DNA from: a virus
Taxonomy: Duplodnaviria > Caudoviricetes
Length of the DNA: 64,000 nucleotides
IMG/VR virus record: IMGVR_UViG_3300028833_003296
Coordinates: 1 to 64,000 of that record
Reading direction: 5' to 3' (one strand)
The notes under the pieces are model-generated. The model was given only the letters and a program-made list of their open reading frames with translations. It was not told the DNA's origin and did no database searches. A program made the translations under genes and the position numbers. Below are positions 19,452 to 28,402 of the stretch, piece after piece; the first letter of the stretch is position 1; every line of letters starts with the position of its first letter.

Positions 19452-19901
19452 TCACAGATTGCCAACAAGCCCTTTCTTCTCGAAGATGTCTTGCAGGGCT
19501 GTAGCGATGAGTCCATTGTATGCCTGGCCGTAATAGCTTGCCTCGAATTCTGACAAGCGCATCACGCTGGAGTAATATTTTCGAGAGAACCAGTCGCGTT
19601 TCTTCCTGTGCTTGTCGCTGGTCTTCCAGTCCTTCAGGAATTCCAAATCGCCAGGGTTGCCACGATAATAGCCGTTACCAGTTCCTGCGGCTACATAGAT
19701 ACCATACTCAAAGAAACGGTGTTCGATGCTTTTGCCGTTGAGCGTTCCCGTTATCGACCGATACAATGCGCCAGTGCGATAGATGCCGAGCTTCAGCATC
19801 CGCTCGCGCCAATAGACCGTCATCTCCTTGGTCCATTCTTCCTCATACTTGCGCAGGTCTTCCTCGCTAACGGGAGGCTGCATGTTATTCTTCCCATTCA
19901 T
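19452..19901 (-). CDS. Phage morphogenesis (neck/tail completion-like) protein
   Basis: 149 aa, GIYRTGALYRSI...YGIYVAAGTG motif; position in the structural operon. Confidence 0.45.
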   Translation of the reverse strand: MNGKNNMQPPVSEEDLRKYEEEWTKEMTVYWRERMLKLGIYRTGALYRSITGTLNGKSIEHRFFEYGIYVAAGTGNGYYRGNPGDLEFLKDWKTSDKHRKKRDWFSRKYYSSVMRLSEFEASYYGQAYNGLIATALQDIFEKKGLVGNL

Positions 19902-20382
19902 CCGAATTGAAGACTAAGTTTTCGGGGATGTCATTCTCCACCATGAAATACAAACCCGTTGCACCATTGAACGAATATCGGCCCAACTCCTTATAGTAAA
20001 CTTTTTCGAGTGCCAGGTAATACATATCCTGACCATATACGAGCTTTGCTTTGTCGCTGATCATCTTCGACAGGAACTGCTTGAATATTCTCCTGCAGAG
20101 TGCCATCTTCGCCTTCCTGTCTTCTGGGTCGTTGTAAGTGGTACCAGCCAACACCCACACCGTATAGACCGAACGAGTGAACCAACCAGGCTTGTTGTTG
20201 TGCACGTTGTTGTCGGTCATGTCGTCGATGACGATAAAGTTCTCCGTCTTTCTGTATTCCGCCATGATGCCCTCGATGTTGTCGGGACCAGAGCAGAACA
20301 CGGGCTTGAAGCCATGTTGCTTGCAGAGCTTGTTTTTCTTCGCAAGCATCTCGAAATATTCCAGTGGGTTGAATGCGTCCAT
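19885..20382 (-). CDS. Hypothetical virion (tail terminator-like) protein
   Basis: 165-aa ORF translationally coupled within the structural operon. Confidence 0.45.
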   Translation of the reverse strand: MDAFNPLEYFEMLAKKNKLCKQHGFKPVFCSGPDNIEGIMAEYRKTENFIVIDDMTDNNVHNNKPGWFTRSVYTVWVLAGTTYNDPEDRKAKMALCRRIFKQFLSKMISDKAKLVYGQDMYYLALEKVYYKELGRYSFNGATGLYFMVENDIPENLVFNSDEWEE

Positions 20383-20384
20383 AC

Positions 20385-21194
20385 CTATTTATTATATTTA
20401 CGTTTGAATTCCTCTGCCTCTCGTGCCTTCTCGTTGAGTTCGGTCAATGCCCGTAGGCAGGGTATCTGTTCCACGGTCTTTTCCTTGGTTACGTCGCCAT
20501 CGGTCAACACGCGCAACTGTGCGTTGGCTATCTTCAGGAAGTTCACCCTGCCTTGCTCGTTGCCCGTGGCTGGCTTGAAGAAATGCGGGAACATCTTGCC
20601 GAAAAACGCCTTGACGTAGCCAAACCAATAGAGCACAGCCACCTCTTCGGTCTCGTCGAGCTTTATCTTCGCCGGATTTCCCTTCTTGTCTCGATAGAGC
20701 AGACAGGCAAGGTTGTCGATGTGCTTTCGTTCCTTCGTGGAGATGAAAAGCTGGTAGAGCCGTTCCATGTTCAGGTAGTCGATGAATGCTACCTCTCGCA
20801 TGATCACATCGACCGCACGATAGCCACGGATGCGATCCAACCTCACACCCATGTCATCGTACGAGTCGATGTAATCAAACTGGTGTATCAAACTTTGTAT
20901 CTGCCATGTCTTCAGCTCGAAGTAATGCCGTTTGCCACGGCCATTGTTGCGGATATATCCATACACCCCACTGGGAGTCTTTCGCACCACCTTGATTCCC
21001 GTGAACCGGAGCAGCATATATGTTTTCACCTCTTCCATCGTCTGGAAGTGGGAAAGCAGGAAAAACACATAGCGCAGTTGTCTTTGCGTGAGTTCCTTCC
21101 ATGACCGTGGAGCCTTCAGGTTGACCACGTTGCCATTCACGCTGCAGCCTGGTGTGATGAGCCTGTCCATACATCTACATGAATAGCCAGACAC
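20385..21194 (-). CDS. Hypothetical phage protein (possible tail assembly chaperone)
   Basis: 269-aa ORF in operon with P.SW.EL motif; true start may be MDRL at about 21170. Confidence 0.45.
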   Translation of the reverse strand: MSGYSCRCMDRLITPGCSVNGNVVNLKAPRSWKELTQRQLRYVFFLLSHFQTMEEVKTYMLLRFTGIKVVRKTPSGVYGYIRNNGRGKRHYFELKTWQIQSLIHQFDYIDSYDDMGVRLDRIRGYRAVDVIMREVAFIDYLNMERLYQLFISTKERKHIDNLACLLYRDKKGNPAKIKLDETEEVAVLYWFGYVKAFFGKMFPHFFKPATGNEQGRVNFLKIANAQLRVLTDGDVTKEKTVEQIPCLRALTELNEKAREAEEFKRKYNK

Positions 21195-21438
21195 ACAGGA
21201 ACCCGCCGATTACACCGATTTGTCCCCATTGGATGTCCGCCCAGTCGAAGCGTGTTCCCTTGATTACCTTGTCGTAGAATTTCTTGCCGAAGAGAGCTGT
21301 TTCGGAAGCGAGTGCGCCGGTGAGTGCGCAGGCAATGTTCGACCAATCGGCACCACCCTTCAGGGCAAGTGCCACGATAGTTAAGATAATAAAAGCACAG
21401 ATGATGTGCTTGATTTTGTCTAATCCGAATTGTTTCAT
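21175..21438 (-). CDS. 87-aa membrane protein (paralog of 49070..49333)
   Basis: ALALKGGA-WS-I-CA--GA...DW-DI--GQIGV--GFLC-WL-M shared with the prophage 2 ORF. Confidence 0.7.
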   Translation of the reverse strand: MKQFGLDKIKHIICAFIILTIVALALKGGADWSNIACALTGALASETALFGKKFYDKVIKGTRFDWADIQWGQIGVIGGFLCVWLFM

Positions 21439-21450
21439 ATTGATTGTTTT

Positions 21451-22038
21451 TTATTTATCAGGACCAAGTATAAAATCACTTGTTCCAAGTTTCCCAAATA
21501 GTTGACCACTTACTTTGTCGTACACATAACCAACAATACCAATTCTGACAGGAATTAAATTAATACGAATAATTCCATTCTCATCTTTTGCGTAAAAATT
21601 ATAAATATTGTGAACTCCTCCTCTGTTATCTCCAATTCCCCATTTGAACAAATTAATACCATTTATGGTATAATCTACACTCGACACTGTTTTTTTTGTT
21701 TCTGTCCAAGAAAATTTAATTGTATTTCTGTTTACATCAATTTGTATACGTTCGTTGCGCGGTACTGTTATATCGTTATATACATTTTCCGTATTATTAG
21801 TCCAAACGATGCCGTTAGTTTTTGTCCAAAATCCAATTTTATATGGGTTTCCGTATATAATTGCTGCATAGGCGTTTTGATTAGATATTCTCATGAAGTC
21901 AAGATGCCAAGACCAATTGTTATTAATTTTAATAGGTACGTAAATATATTCTGCGCCACTATTTCTTAAATATTCCACCTCTGCGTCATACGGCAAATCA
22001 TTCTGTGATGTTCTCCTTTTCATTAATCCAAGATTCAT
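21451..22038 (-). CDS. Putative receptor-binding / lectin-like tail protein
   Basis: LPYDAEVEYL...G.EYI N-terminus and ...LIPVRIGIVGYVYDKVSGQLFG...DFILGPDK C-terminus resemble Bacteroidales phage tail-tip proteins; AT-rich. Confidence 0.5.
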   Translation of the reverse strand: MNLGLMKRRTSQNDLPYDAEVEYLRNSGAEYIYVPIKINNNWSWHLDFMRISNQNAYAAIIYGNPYKIGFWTKTNGIVWTNNTENVYNDITVPRNERIQIDVNRNTIKFSWTETKKTVSSVDYTINGINLFKWGIGDNRGGVHNIYNFYAKDENGIIRINLIPVRIGIVGYVYDKVSGQLFGKLGTSDFILGPDK

Positions 22039-22049
22039 ACGCTGCCCTC

Positions 22050-22982
22050 CTATGAATTGAATTTAACCACGGTCACTTGCCAACCGCCTCCATTATATAC
22101 GGCATTGACCTCACAAATGTCGCCACTTTTTATTTCGTAACCGTCGGCTTTTAAAACAGTATCCTGAGTGTCGAAGTGAAGACAGTCATCAGCTGCTGCG
22201 GTAAAGAAGAGAAGGAATCCCTCGATGTAATCACTAACCACGGATGGGAGAGTAACGGTGATAGCGCCGCTTTGCGTAATGCGGTAATACTTGCCAGCTT
22301 CTGCTGAGAAGGATAAGGAATTGGGAACGACAATTTGCATTCGGTTTTCCTTGCCGCTGATGTCTTGATGCTGCTTCAGGAAGTTCTGCTCATTCACCCA
22401 TTGCTCTGTGGCATAGCCCGACAACGATTGATGCTCTGTCAAGTAGTGTTGTTCTCTTACCCATTGCTCTGTGGCATAGCCCGACAACGATTGATGCTCT
22501 GTCAAGTAGTGTTGGTCTCTCACCCATTGTTGAGTGGCATAGCCAGTCATGTCTTGGTTTTGGCTACCAATGCCAATCATGTAGCAAATGTTGTATATCC
22601 TCACTTGGTCATCTGGGATATGTTGCTCACTGGTGGCATCCACTATATCAAACGTCTCCCCAACCTTCCCTTTGTATCGCCAGTTATCCCCATTGGCTAT
22701 GCCTTTCACCTCCAGTCCATAACTGTCGATTTGCTGTACGTTTGACGGGATGGTAATGGCGAGTTGCTGCCTGTCGTTCACCGTTACCAACGTCCACCCC
22801 AGCACATGAGCTTCAGCGGTACGGGGAACGGTGATGCGCTTGCCGCACGACGTAAGGATGCAGACATCGGTGGTCGAGTCCACTACTGGTTCGGACACCG
22901 AGTCTTCTGCAGGGAGTTTGCGAGTCAGGTCCAACAACAGTGTGAAGTCGTTGCCCTTGGTGATTGAGAGTATATCTTTCAT
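22050..22982 (-). CDS. Tail fibre/baseplate adaptor protein with YATEQWV repeats
   Basis: N-terminus ITKGNDF shared with 51991..53436 (ITRGNDF); three 21-aa repeats. Confidence 0.55.
   Translation of the reverse strand: MKDILSITKGNDFTLLLDLTRKLPAEDSVSEPVVDSTTDVCILTSCGKRITVPRTAEAHVLGWTLVTVNDRQQLAITIPSNVQQIDSYGLEVKGIANGDNWRYKGKVGETFDIVDATSEQHIPDDQVRIYNICYMIGIGSQNQDMTGYATQQWVRDQHYLTEHQSLSGYATEQWVREQHYLTEHQSLSGYATEQWVNEQNFLKQHQDISGKENRMQIVVPNSLSFSAEAGKYYRITQSGAITVTLPSVVSDYIEGFLLFFTAAADDCLHFDTQDTVLKADGYEIKSGDICEVNAVYNGGGWQVTVVKFNS
22396..22543 (-). repeat. 63-bp intragenic tandem repeat (about 2.4 copies)
   Basis: Units start at 22396, 22459 and 22522 and encode GYATEQWVREQHYLTEHQSLS. Confidence 0.9.
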
Positions 22983-22987
22983 TGCGA

Positions 22988-23821
22988 TTATCCGTTAAAG
23001 AGAAACATGGTTGATTCCTTCGTGTTCTCATGATCCACGAAGTGATTGTATTTATATTCGTCCGAATCCGCGTATGCGGGATAGTCGTCGATGCTGTCGT
23101 CGAGCGTGTTCATCAGTCGTCTGTACATCACTTTCTCTGCCGATTTGTCGCCACTCACGTGCAAGCCAATCAACTGTTGTATGAGCAGGATAATCTTTGC
23201 GTTTTCGGATGATACGGCATCAGTCACCGTCTCCGTCAGCAGCTGCTCCATGTAGGCGTTGCCGATGTGCCTGCGTATGATGCCGTCTGCCTCCATGATG
23301 AGTGGCTGTGCCTTGCGCCAGTCGTTGATGGTGGGAGAATCCACGCCCGCATACTTAGCGAGAAAATCAAACTGCCAGAAGAGCGTAGGAACAAGGCTTT
23401 GGCGCAACGGCAGTGCGCCCCAACCCTCCAATTTGAAGAGCTGGCCAAACAGGGCGCACTCCATGCGTTTTTCCTCTACGTCGAGTTGACTCTTCAGGGC
23501 ATCCGTTCGCATCTTGCTTGCAGGAGCCGTGTCTTGTGTGCTCACCACGCCGAATCCCGTTGCCGTCAGCACGAGGTCAAGACTGCGGAAGTTGCGGAGA
23601 AAGGCACGGAACGAGATGAGTGCCTTTGCCGAGCACACCAAGTTGCCGTCTTCGCCAGTCTCCACAGCTTCCACGCCTACGTTGCCCAATATCTCTGTCG
23701 CCACTTCCTCCGTTGCCCTTCGTATGGCCTTCGTCAACGTCTCGTACACGTCGTTGTTCTTGGTCATGGCCACGGGGAGTGCCGCTTCAAATTCCTCTTT
23801 CGATATATATATGTTAGCCAT
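22988..23821 (-). CDS. Putative head-tail connector (DUF6712-like)
   Basis: Directly follows the portal; LDLVLTATGFGVVS motif. Confidence 0.55.
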   Translation of the reverse strand: MANIYISKEEFEAALPVAMTKNNDVYETLTKAIRRATEEVATEILGNVGVEAVETGEDGNLVCSAKALISFRAFLRNFRSLDLVLTATGFGVVSTQDTAPASKMRTDALKSQLDVEEKRMECALFGQLFKLEGWGALPLRQSLVPTLFWQFDFLAKYAGVDSPTINDWRKAQPLIMEADGIIRRHIGNAYMEQLLTETVTDAVSSENAKIILLIQQLIGLHVSGDKSAEKVMYRRLMNTLDDSIDDYPAYADSDEYKYNHFVDHENTKESTMFLFNG

Positions 23822-25265
23822 TGCCGTTAGGTTTTACCGTTTTCTTTTCCTTATTCTCGTCGAGCGTCGTCAGTACAATCATCGGCACGTCAACGTCCAC
23901 CTTGTCCTGCCACCCGTTAAACCAGATGAGCACCCTGAAGGGATGCAGCAGCATGTCATGAAAGGCGGTCTCACACGCCTGTTTCAGCAGGAACAGCTCC
24001 CGCTTGTCGCTGCCTGAGTTGTTCATCGCGCTCTTTCCTGGCGTTGCGCCTACGAGGTTGGGATGCACGTTGTCGCCATAGCAGATGCTGTTGGCAGCTT
24101 CCTGCACGTCGTCGCTCCAGTCGCCGCCCTCCTTCTTTCCGCTTTCCACGTCGTAGATGCGTACCATTCGCACCTCCTTGCCGCTGGCAGGTTCCACGTA
24201 GTAGCCCGTCACCCATGTCTTACCGATGTTCTCGCTACCCGTCACGAACTGCTCAATGTTGAGTTTCTCCTGCTTGATGCGCTCCTTGCGCTTAGCCTGG
24301 TCGGTGATTCCCTCCTGGTCGCAAAGGTTATCCCAATAATCCTTGTGCACTTCCACCTGAAAGCGTGGCGGTGCCGAGTTGCGTATCTTCGCCCGTTTGC
24401 CCTTGCCGATAAGCTCGTAGATGTCGTACCAAGCATCCTTGAAGATGGCGGCGTAGAACGGGATGGGGTAATACTGATAACCGGGAGTGGGAAAACGGGT
24501 GAGCACGGCAAACTTGCGGTCTCTCGTTGCCCGTCCTGCTGGGTCGCTCTTCAGCGGTTCGCGCTTCTTTCCCGTCTTTGGGTCGGGGTCATATCCAAGG
24601 CGAATGCGCAGGTCTCCCCACGGATCCGTCTCGTCGAGCAACGGAATCACCTCCACCTCGTCGGGGTTCACGTGGTTTTTCCAGTTGGCATAAAACACGT
24701 GTTCTATCTTCCCTCCCTTGTTGGCCTTCTCGAAACGGCAATAGCAACTCTCCTTGTGTCGCATCTGCACGATGTGACAACCTTGGTTGTCGAGGATGAT
24801 CACCGTCACCGTGAAGTAGAAGTATTTCATGTCAAGGCATTGCTCCACGAAGAATCGCTGCAGCATGTTCCTGAAGGCGAACGTCTTGATTTCGCTGTCG
24901 GCGGTCTGCTTCTGCGTGGCGATGTCGAAGAACCTCACCCCCTGCCCGTAGCACGTCAGCACGTTGAACAGCTTGTTTTGGCTCATCACCATGTTCTCTC
25001 CCACCTTCTCTATCACATGGAAGGGCAGTTGGTCGTCGTACCCGAACGGGATATACTCATATTTCTTGTTGCCGATGGTGAGGGGTCTGGCACTGATGGT
25101 ACCGTTGTCATCAAAGATGGTGCTCGAATTCTCCGCGTATTCGGCATTGGCAGTAGAGTGATTGGTCACGTAAGGACCGTTGATTCCCACCCCACCAATG
25201 GCATACACCTCGTTGTCGCCATTCATGCCTATCATCTTCATGCCTTGCTTCTTGTTCTTTGCCAT
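23814..25265 (-). CDS. Portal protein
   Basis: ~484 aa, YIPFG.DDQLP, PTPGYQYYP.P.Y, GVHP-like NVHPNLVGATPGK, SGSDKRELF motifs of Bacteroidales phage portals; start moved to MAKNKK. Confidence 0.75.
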   Translation of the reverse strand: MAKNKKQGMKMIGMNGDNEVYAIGGVGINGPYVTNHSTANAEYAENSSTIFDDNGTISARPLTIGNKKYEYIPFGYDDQLPFHVIEKVGENMVMSQNKLFNVLTCYGQGVRFFDIATQKQTADSEIKTFAFRNMLQRFFVEQCLDMKYFYFTVTVIILDNQGCHIVQMRHKESCYCRFEKANKGGKIEHVFYANWKNHVNPDEVEVIPLLDETDPWGDLRIRLGYDPDPKTGKKREPLKSDPAGRATRDRKFAVLTRFPTPGYQYYPIPFYAAIFKDAWYDIYELIGKGKRAKIRNSAPPRFQVEVHKDYWDNLCDQEGITDQAKRKERIKQEKLNIEQFVTGSENIGKTWVTGYYVEPASGKEVRMVRIYDVESGKKEGGDWSDDVQEAANSICYGDNVHPNLVGATPGKSAMNNSGSDKRELFLLKQACETAFHDMLLHPFRVLIWFNGWQDKVDVDVPMIVLTTLDENKEKKTVKPNGNG

Positions 25266-25268
25266 AAT

Positions 25269-25365
25269 CACTAAAACACTCAACACTAAACACTCAACAC
25301 TAAACACTCAACACTAAACACTCAACACTCAACACTAAACACTCAACACTAAACACTCAACACTA
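25269..25365. repeat. Heptamer tandem repeat (CACTAAA/CACTCAA)
   Basis: About 13 heptamer units, mostly as a 14-bp CACTAAACACTCAA period, between 25363..25617 and the portal start. Confidence 0.9.
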
Positions 25366-25617
25366 CAAATACACCTCGCTGCCCATGAACTCGAAGATGC
25401 AGATGTCGCGAATCTCGCGCACCTGTCCGTTCACTGGGTTCTGCAGTCGGTGGGTACCGCCGTGCCAATGGCTGCCCTTCACCAGCCAACCATTGTACTC
25501 CAGGATATCACCCGTTGAGAGTTTCCAACAGCGCAGGTTTACCGTCTGCCTACGGATGCGTGCAATGTCCAGCTGCTTGCGCATCTCCGTGTAATGTATG
25601 GGTTTCTTGTTGTTCAT
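25363..25617 (-). CDS. Conserved small hypothetical phage protein
   Basis: 84 aa with WKLSTGDILEY...W.GGTHR motif; -7 box TATCTTTG immediately upstream. Confidence 0.65.
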   Translation of the reverse strand: MNNKKPIHYTEMRKQLDIARIRRQTVNLRCWKLSTGDILEYNGWLVKGSHWHGGTHRLQNPVNGQVREIRDICIFEFMGSEVYL

Positions 25618-25668
25618 ATTGCAAAGATACGCTTAACAAGCCCTACTTAAAAATACTGCGACGAAAAA

Positions 25669-25696
25669 AGGCAGCTGCCCTCACGGGTGGCTGCCT
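25669..25696 (-). terminator. GUGA-tetraloop terminator
   Basis: 12-bp stem AGGCAGCTGCCC/GGGTGGCTGCCT (2 G:U), followed by a U-tract on the minus strand. Confidence 0.7.
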
Positions 25697-25862
25697 CTCC
25701 GATTAACATAAAATATAATTATGACAGTTCATCTATGAGACTATTAATCTACAAAACTAACCTTTAACCTAATAACAAAAGTACATTTTACACAAATCAT
25801 TAAAACTTAAACAATATGAAAAAATTAAAATTGGTACTCAATCATTTCCTTGTCTGTAAAAA

Positions 25863-25890
25863 CCCTGTCGCGCCTCACGGCGAGGCAGGG
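25863..25890 (-). terminator. GUGA-tetraloop terminator
   Basis: CCCTGTCGCGCC-tcac-GGCGAGGCAGGG stem, U-tract on the minus strand. Confidence 0.65.
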
Positions 25891-26113
25891 AAAAATTAAC
25901 AAAATTCATCTCAAAAAAAACTATTAACCAAATAACTGTTTTTGAAAAATCCTTTTGACTTATGAAAAAAAAATTACTGAAAAAAATTACTGCGAGTGTA
26001 ATCATCATCCGGGCATCGCCATGCCACGGTTTTTTCACAACTAACTAAAAACTTTATTACCATGAAAAATAATACTCTGCAAATGTACACATATTCCATC
26101 GTCCGAAAAAATA

Positions 26114-26145
26114 CACGGTGCATATCCGTCACGGACGGCACCGTG
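26114..26145 (-). terminator. Hairpin terminator after 26181..26450
   Basis: CACGGTGC/GCACCGTG outer stem with inner TCCG-tca-CGGA; U-tract on the minus strand. Confidence 0.6.
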
Positions 26146-26180
26146 CCTTAGTATTATCTAATGAAATAGGTATCTCTCTC

Positions 26181-26450
26181 TCATCGCAGTCGCCACATCT
26201 GCCATACGGGGCTGCCGTCGCCATCCTGAATGAGCATATAGCCAGCCCATAGCATGTAGTCCACTATCACGCTGTCCTCGATGGTGAGGATGGGCGACAG
26301 GTCGTCCATCACCTGCAGCGTGGTCTTACGCTCCTCTATCAGCGACATGTTCTGGTCGTACACCGTCTGACGGGTGGAGAAATAACTGTCCAACACAGCC
26401 TTCTCTATGTCGCTTGCCTTCAGTTGCTTTTCTTTCCTTGCCATAGTCAA
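26181..26450 (-). CDS. Hypothetical protein
   Basis: 89-aa ORF coupled to the upstream gene. Confidence 0.55.
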   Translation of the reverse strand: MTMARKEKQLKASDIEKAVLDSYFSTRQTVYDQNMSLIEERKTTLQVMDDLSPILTIEDSVIVDYMLWAGYMLIQDGDGSPVWQMWRLR

Positions 26451-26761
26451 TCCTTTCTTACGTTTTCCAATATGATTTCTATGCCTTTTACCTGTTCAAA
26501 CCACCAAACGAACCCTCTCAGTCCGTCCAAACTCTTCATGCACTCTTCTGCCCTGGAGTTATCCTCCCGATAGGCAGCAATGATAAAATCGTCATATTCA
26601 CGAATAGAATCCAAAAGGTCTTCCTTCACGAATTTTATCAAGTCGTACAGGTCTTGGAGGTTTTCTTCCGTAAACTTTGCCGTGTATTTGCCCAGTTTCA
26701 CCTCTGCCGTAGGTACGATGACCGATGTATTGCCGTTCTTTTCCATAGTCGTTCCCTCCAT
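26447..26761 (-). CDS. Hypothetical protein
   Basis: 104-aa ORF in a minus-strand operon. Confidence 0.5.
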   Translation of the reverse strand: MEGTTMEKNGNTSVIVPTAEVKLGKYTAKFTEENLQDLYDLIKFVKEDLLDSIREYDDFIIAAYREDNSRAEECMKSLDGLRGFVWWFEQVKGIEIILENVRKD

Positions 26762-26925
26762 TAAAATAATGTTCCTAAACTATTCGCTATCGCGCCCATC
26801 AAGAGCATGGCGAGCAGCCATGCGTGTACGCTCAACACTTCGCCATGGGTGAAGTTCTCACCGCAAAGAGTGGAAAATGTGTTGCTCCTTTTGCTTAGCC
26901 AATCATTCTTTCTCATAACTTGCAT
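26761..26925 (-). CDS. 54-aa hypothetical protein missing from the ORF track
   Basis: MQVMRKNDWLSKRSNTFSTLCGENFTHGEVLSVHAWLLAMLLMGAIANSLGTLF*; TAA/ATG overlap with the next gene; C-terminal hydrophobic segment. Confidence 0.55.
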   Translation of the reverse strand: MQVMRKNDWLSKRSNTFSTLCGENFTHGEVLSVHAWLLAMLLMGAIANSLGTLF

Positions 26926-27094
26926 GTTTTTAAAGATTCATAAAAAAGATTCTACGTTTGATGGTGCAAATGTAACTATTATTATTCACACACGCAAATT
27001 TTGTGTAACTAATATTATTCTTATTAACATTATTTAGTGAATAATATTAATCACAATTATAATAATTGTGTAACTTTGCTCAAAATTTCAAATT

Positions 27095-27355
27095 ATGGAG
27101 AATCGAATAAAAATCGTGATAAAGGAAAAAGGCTTTACGATTACGAGCCTTGCAGAAAAATTGGGAATGACACGCGAAAACCTTTCAAGAACAATAGTCA
27201 ACCCATCTTCGCCAACATTGGAAAAACTTTCCGAGGCACTTGACGTTCCCGTGTGGCAATTCTTCGCCTCTCGTGAGGATGTTTTGGGCGATTCCGATTC
27301 TACATCCATCACTTGTCCCCATTGCGGCAAGGAGATCCAGATAGAGGTAAAATAA
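27095..27355 (+). CDS. XRE-family HTH regulator with C-terminal CPHC zinc ribbon
   Basis: GFTITSLAEKLGMTRENLSR...PTLEKLSEALDVPVWQFF and ITCPHCGKEI. Confidence 0.85.
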   Translation: MENRIKIVIKEKGFTITSLAEKLGMTRENLSRTIVNPSSPTLEKLSEALDVPVWQFFASREDVLGDSDSTSITCPHCGKEIQIEVK

Positions 27356-27390
27356 AAAAGCCCCAACCTTGCTGGGCTGGGGTTTGGTGT

Positions 27391-27463
27391 TAAAGTGATC
27401 TTTTTAAACGTATTGCGGAACTGGTCTGTCTATCAGGTGACCAGCGTCAATATCCTCTTTATA
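27391..27463 (-). repeat. Cassette 3' flank R2, copy a (coding remnant plus terminator)
   Basis: 63/73 nt identical to 28562-28634; the minus strand reads ...IEKYKEDIDAGHLIDRPVPQYV*; hairpin at 27357-27384. Confidence 0.8.
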
Positions 27464-27616
27464 TTTTTCAATAAATGGCTGAATCGTCTAAACAAGAAGA
27501 TAGATTTAGGCAAAATAAAGCCAAAACTAAAACAAACAAAAATTTTTTCATGTTCAATTGTTATTTGATTTTTTGATTTTAAGAGGTCAAAATCTCATTT
27601 TATTCAAGTGGGATAA

Positions 27617-28306
27617 TTATTTCTTCTTTCTGACATTGAAAGGTCCAAGGCTCGTTATACCGTCAACGTGTTCAAACAACTGTGGCTCAACGTTTGCCTG
27701 CATAGGGTCAAGTATGAAGTCTATACCCTCTCGCCTTGCCAGCTTGGCAGCTGGGACGAAATCGGAATCCCCAGAGAAAAGTACAATGGTATCAACAAAC
27801 CCTTTAAGAGCTAAAGTGGCGATATCCACGCCTATTTTCATATCAATGCCTTTTTGCTGTACGTCCAAGTATACTTCATTTTCCGACAAATCTTCCAGTT
27901 TCTTCTTTCCAGACAGCAATTCTTTCACGCGACCAGGATAAATCTGCCAGTTATGATTGTCTTTCAATGTGCCTATGCGTAAGGCTACCTTGCGCTTTCG
28001 CTTCAACTCCTCCAGCAACTCCATACGGAACTTGTACTCAGCAGTTTTACTGAAGTCGAACAGTTTCTTACTTACAGGATTGTGTACCTTCTTGTCTATT
28101 GGTGGACAGTCATAATAGAAAATACGGTAGAGCGTGTTACTTTTACCTACATGTTTCATCGCCATTGTATAAAGATGGTTGGCCACTTGGGCACCTGTCA
28201 TCTTCTTATCTTTATTATAAAGGGAATTGAAACGCTTTACGAAGAATCCGCCGTCTATTAATACAGCAATCTTCACGGGTGGAAAACTGTTTTCTTTCTT
28301 TTTCAT
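27617..28306 (-). CDS. NYN-domain (LabA/DUF88, PIN-fold) ribonuclease
   Basis: IAVLIDGGFF, RIFYYD, QQKGIDMKIGVD, LFSGDSDFVPA..LARREG catalytic acidic motifs; start MKKKENSF at 28306. Confidence 0.9.
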   Translation of the reverse strand: MKKKENSFPPVKIAVLIDGGFFVKRFNSLYNKDKKMTGAQVANHLYTMAMKHVGKSNTLYRIFYYDCPPIDKKVHNPVSKKLFDFSKTAEYKFRMELLEELKRKRKVALRIGTLKDNHNWQIYPGRVKELLSGKKKLEDLSENEVYLDVQQKGIDMKIGVDIATLALKGFVDTIVLFSGDSDFVPAAKLARREGIDFILDPMQANVEPQLFEHVDGITSLGPFNVRKKK

Positions 28307-28317
28307 TATGCAAAAAA

Positions 28318-28402
28318 TAATGCCCAGGGGTCGGCACATCCATTATCAAGAATAAGCGGCAAAGCAGATTGCGGCTTTCGGATGTGCGTCGCCATGAGCC
28401 TA
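28318..28402 (-). ncRNA. Candidate structured RNA in the 5' leader of the NYN gene
   Basis: Minus-strand RNA GCUCAUGGCGACGCACAUCC...GGAUGUGCCGACCCCUGGGC forms a long interrupted stem (perfect 8 bp GCACAUCC/GGAUGUGC) enclosing AAAGC/GCUUU and UUAU/AUAA hairpins; -7 box TATATTTG at 28412-28419, TTTG at 28440-28443. Confidence 0.5.

Noticed and set aside
21451-22038. Possible diversity-generating retroelement target
   Set aside because: No reverse transcriptase and no second copy differing only at adenines (TR/VR pair) was seen in the window; one could still lie in the rest of prophage 2.
22396-22543. 63-bp direct repeats as a possible CRISPR array
   Set aside because: Units are contiguous with no unique spacers, in frame within a tail protein, and no cas genes are present.
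14842-22982. Invertible tail-fibre shufflon driven by the serine recombinase
   Set aside because: All tail genes are on one strand, and no oppositely oriented alternative 3' ends or flanking inverted crossover sites were found.
24063-25274. Long plus-strand ORFs (also 35125..35874, 60922..61905, 62548..63387, 7257..7742)
   Set aside because: Antisense shadows of well-supported GC-rich phage genes, with Val/Leu/His-rich composition and no motifs.
25269-25365. Heptamer array as CRISPR or as the N-terminus of the portal (MFSVECLVLSV...)
   Set aside because: It is a simple tandem repeat; the ORF-track starts at 25307 and 25293 come from the repeat itself, and MAKNKK at 25265 is the plausible start.
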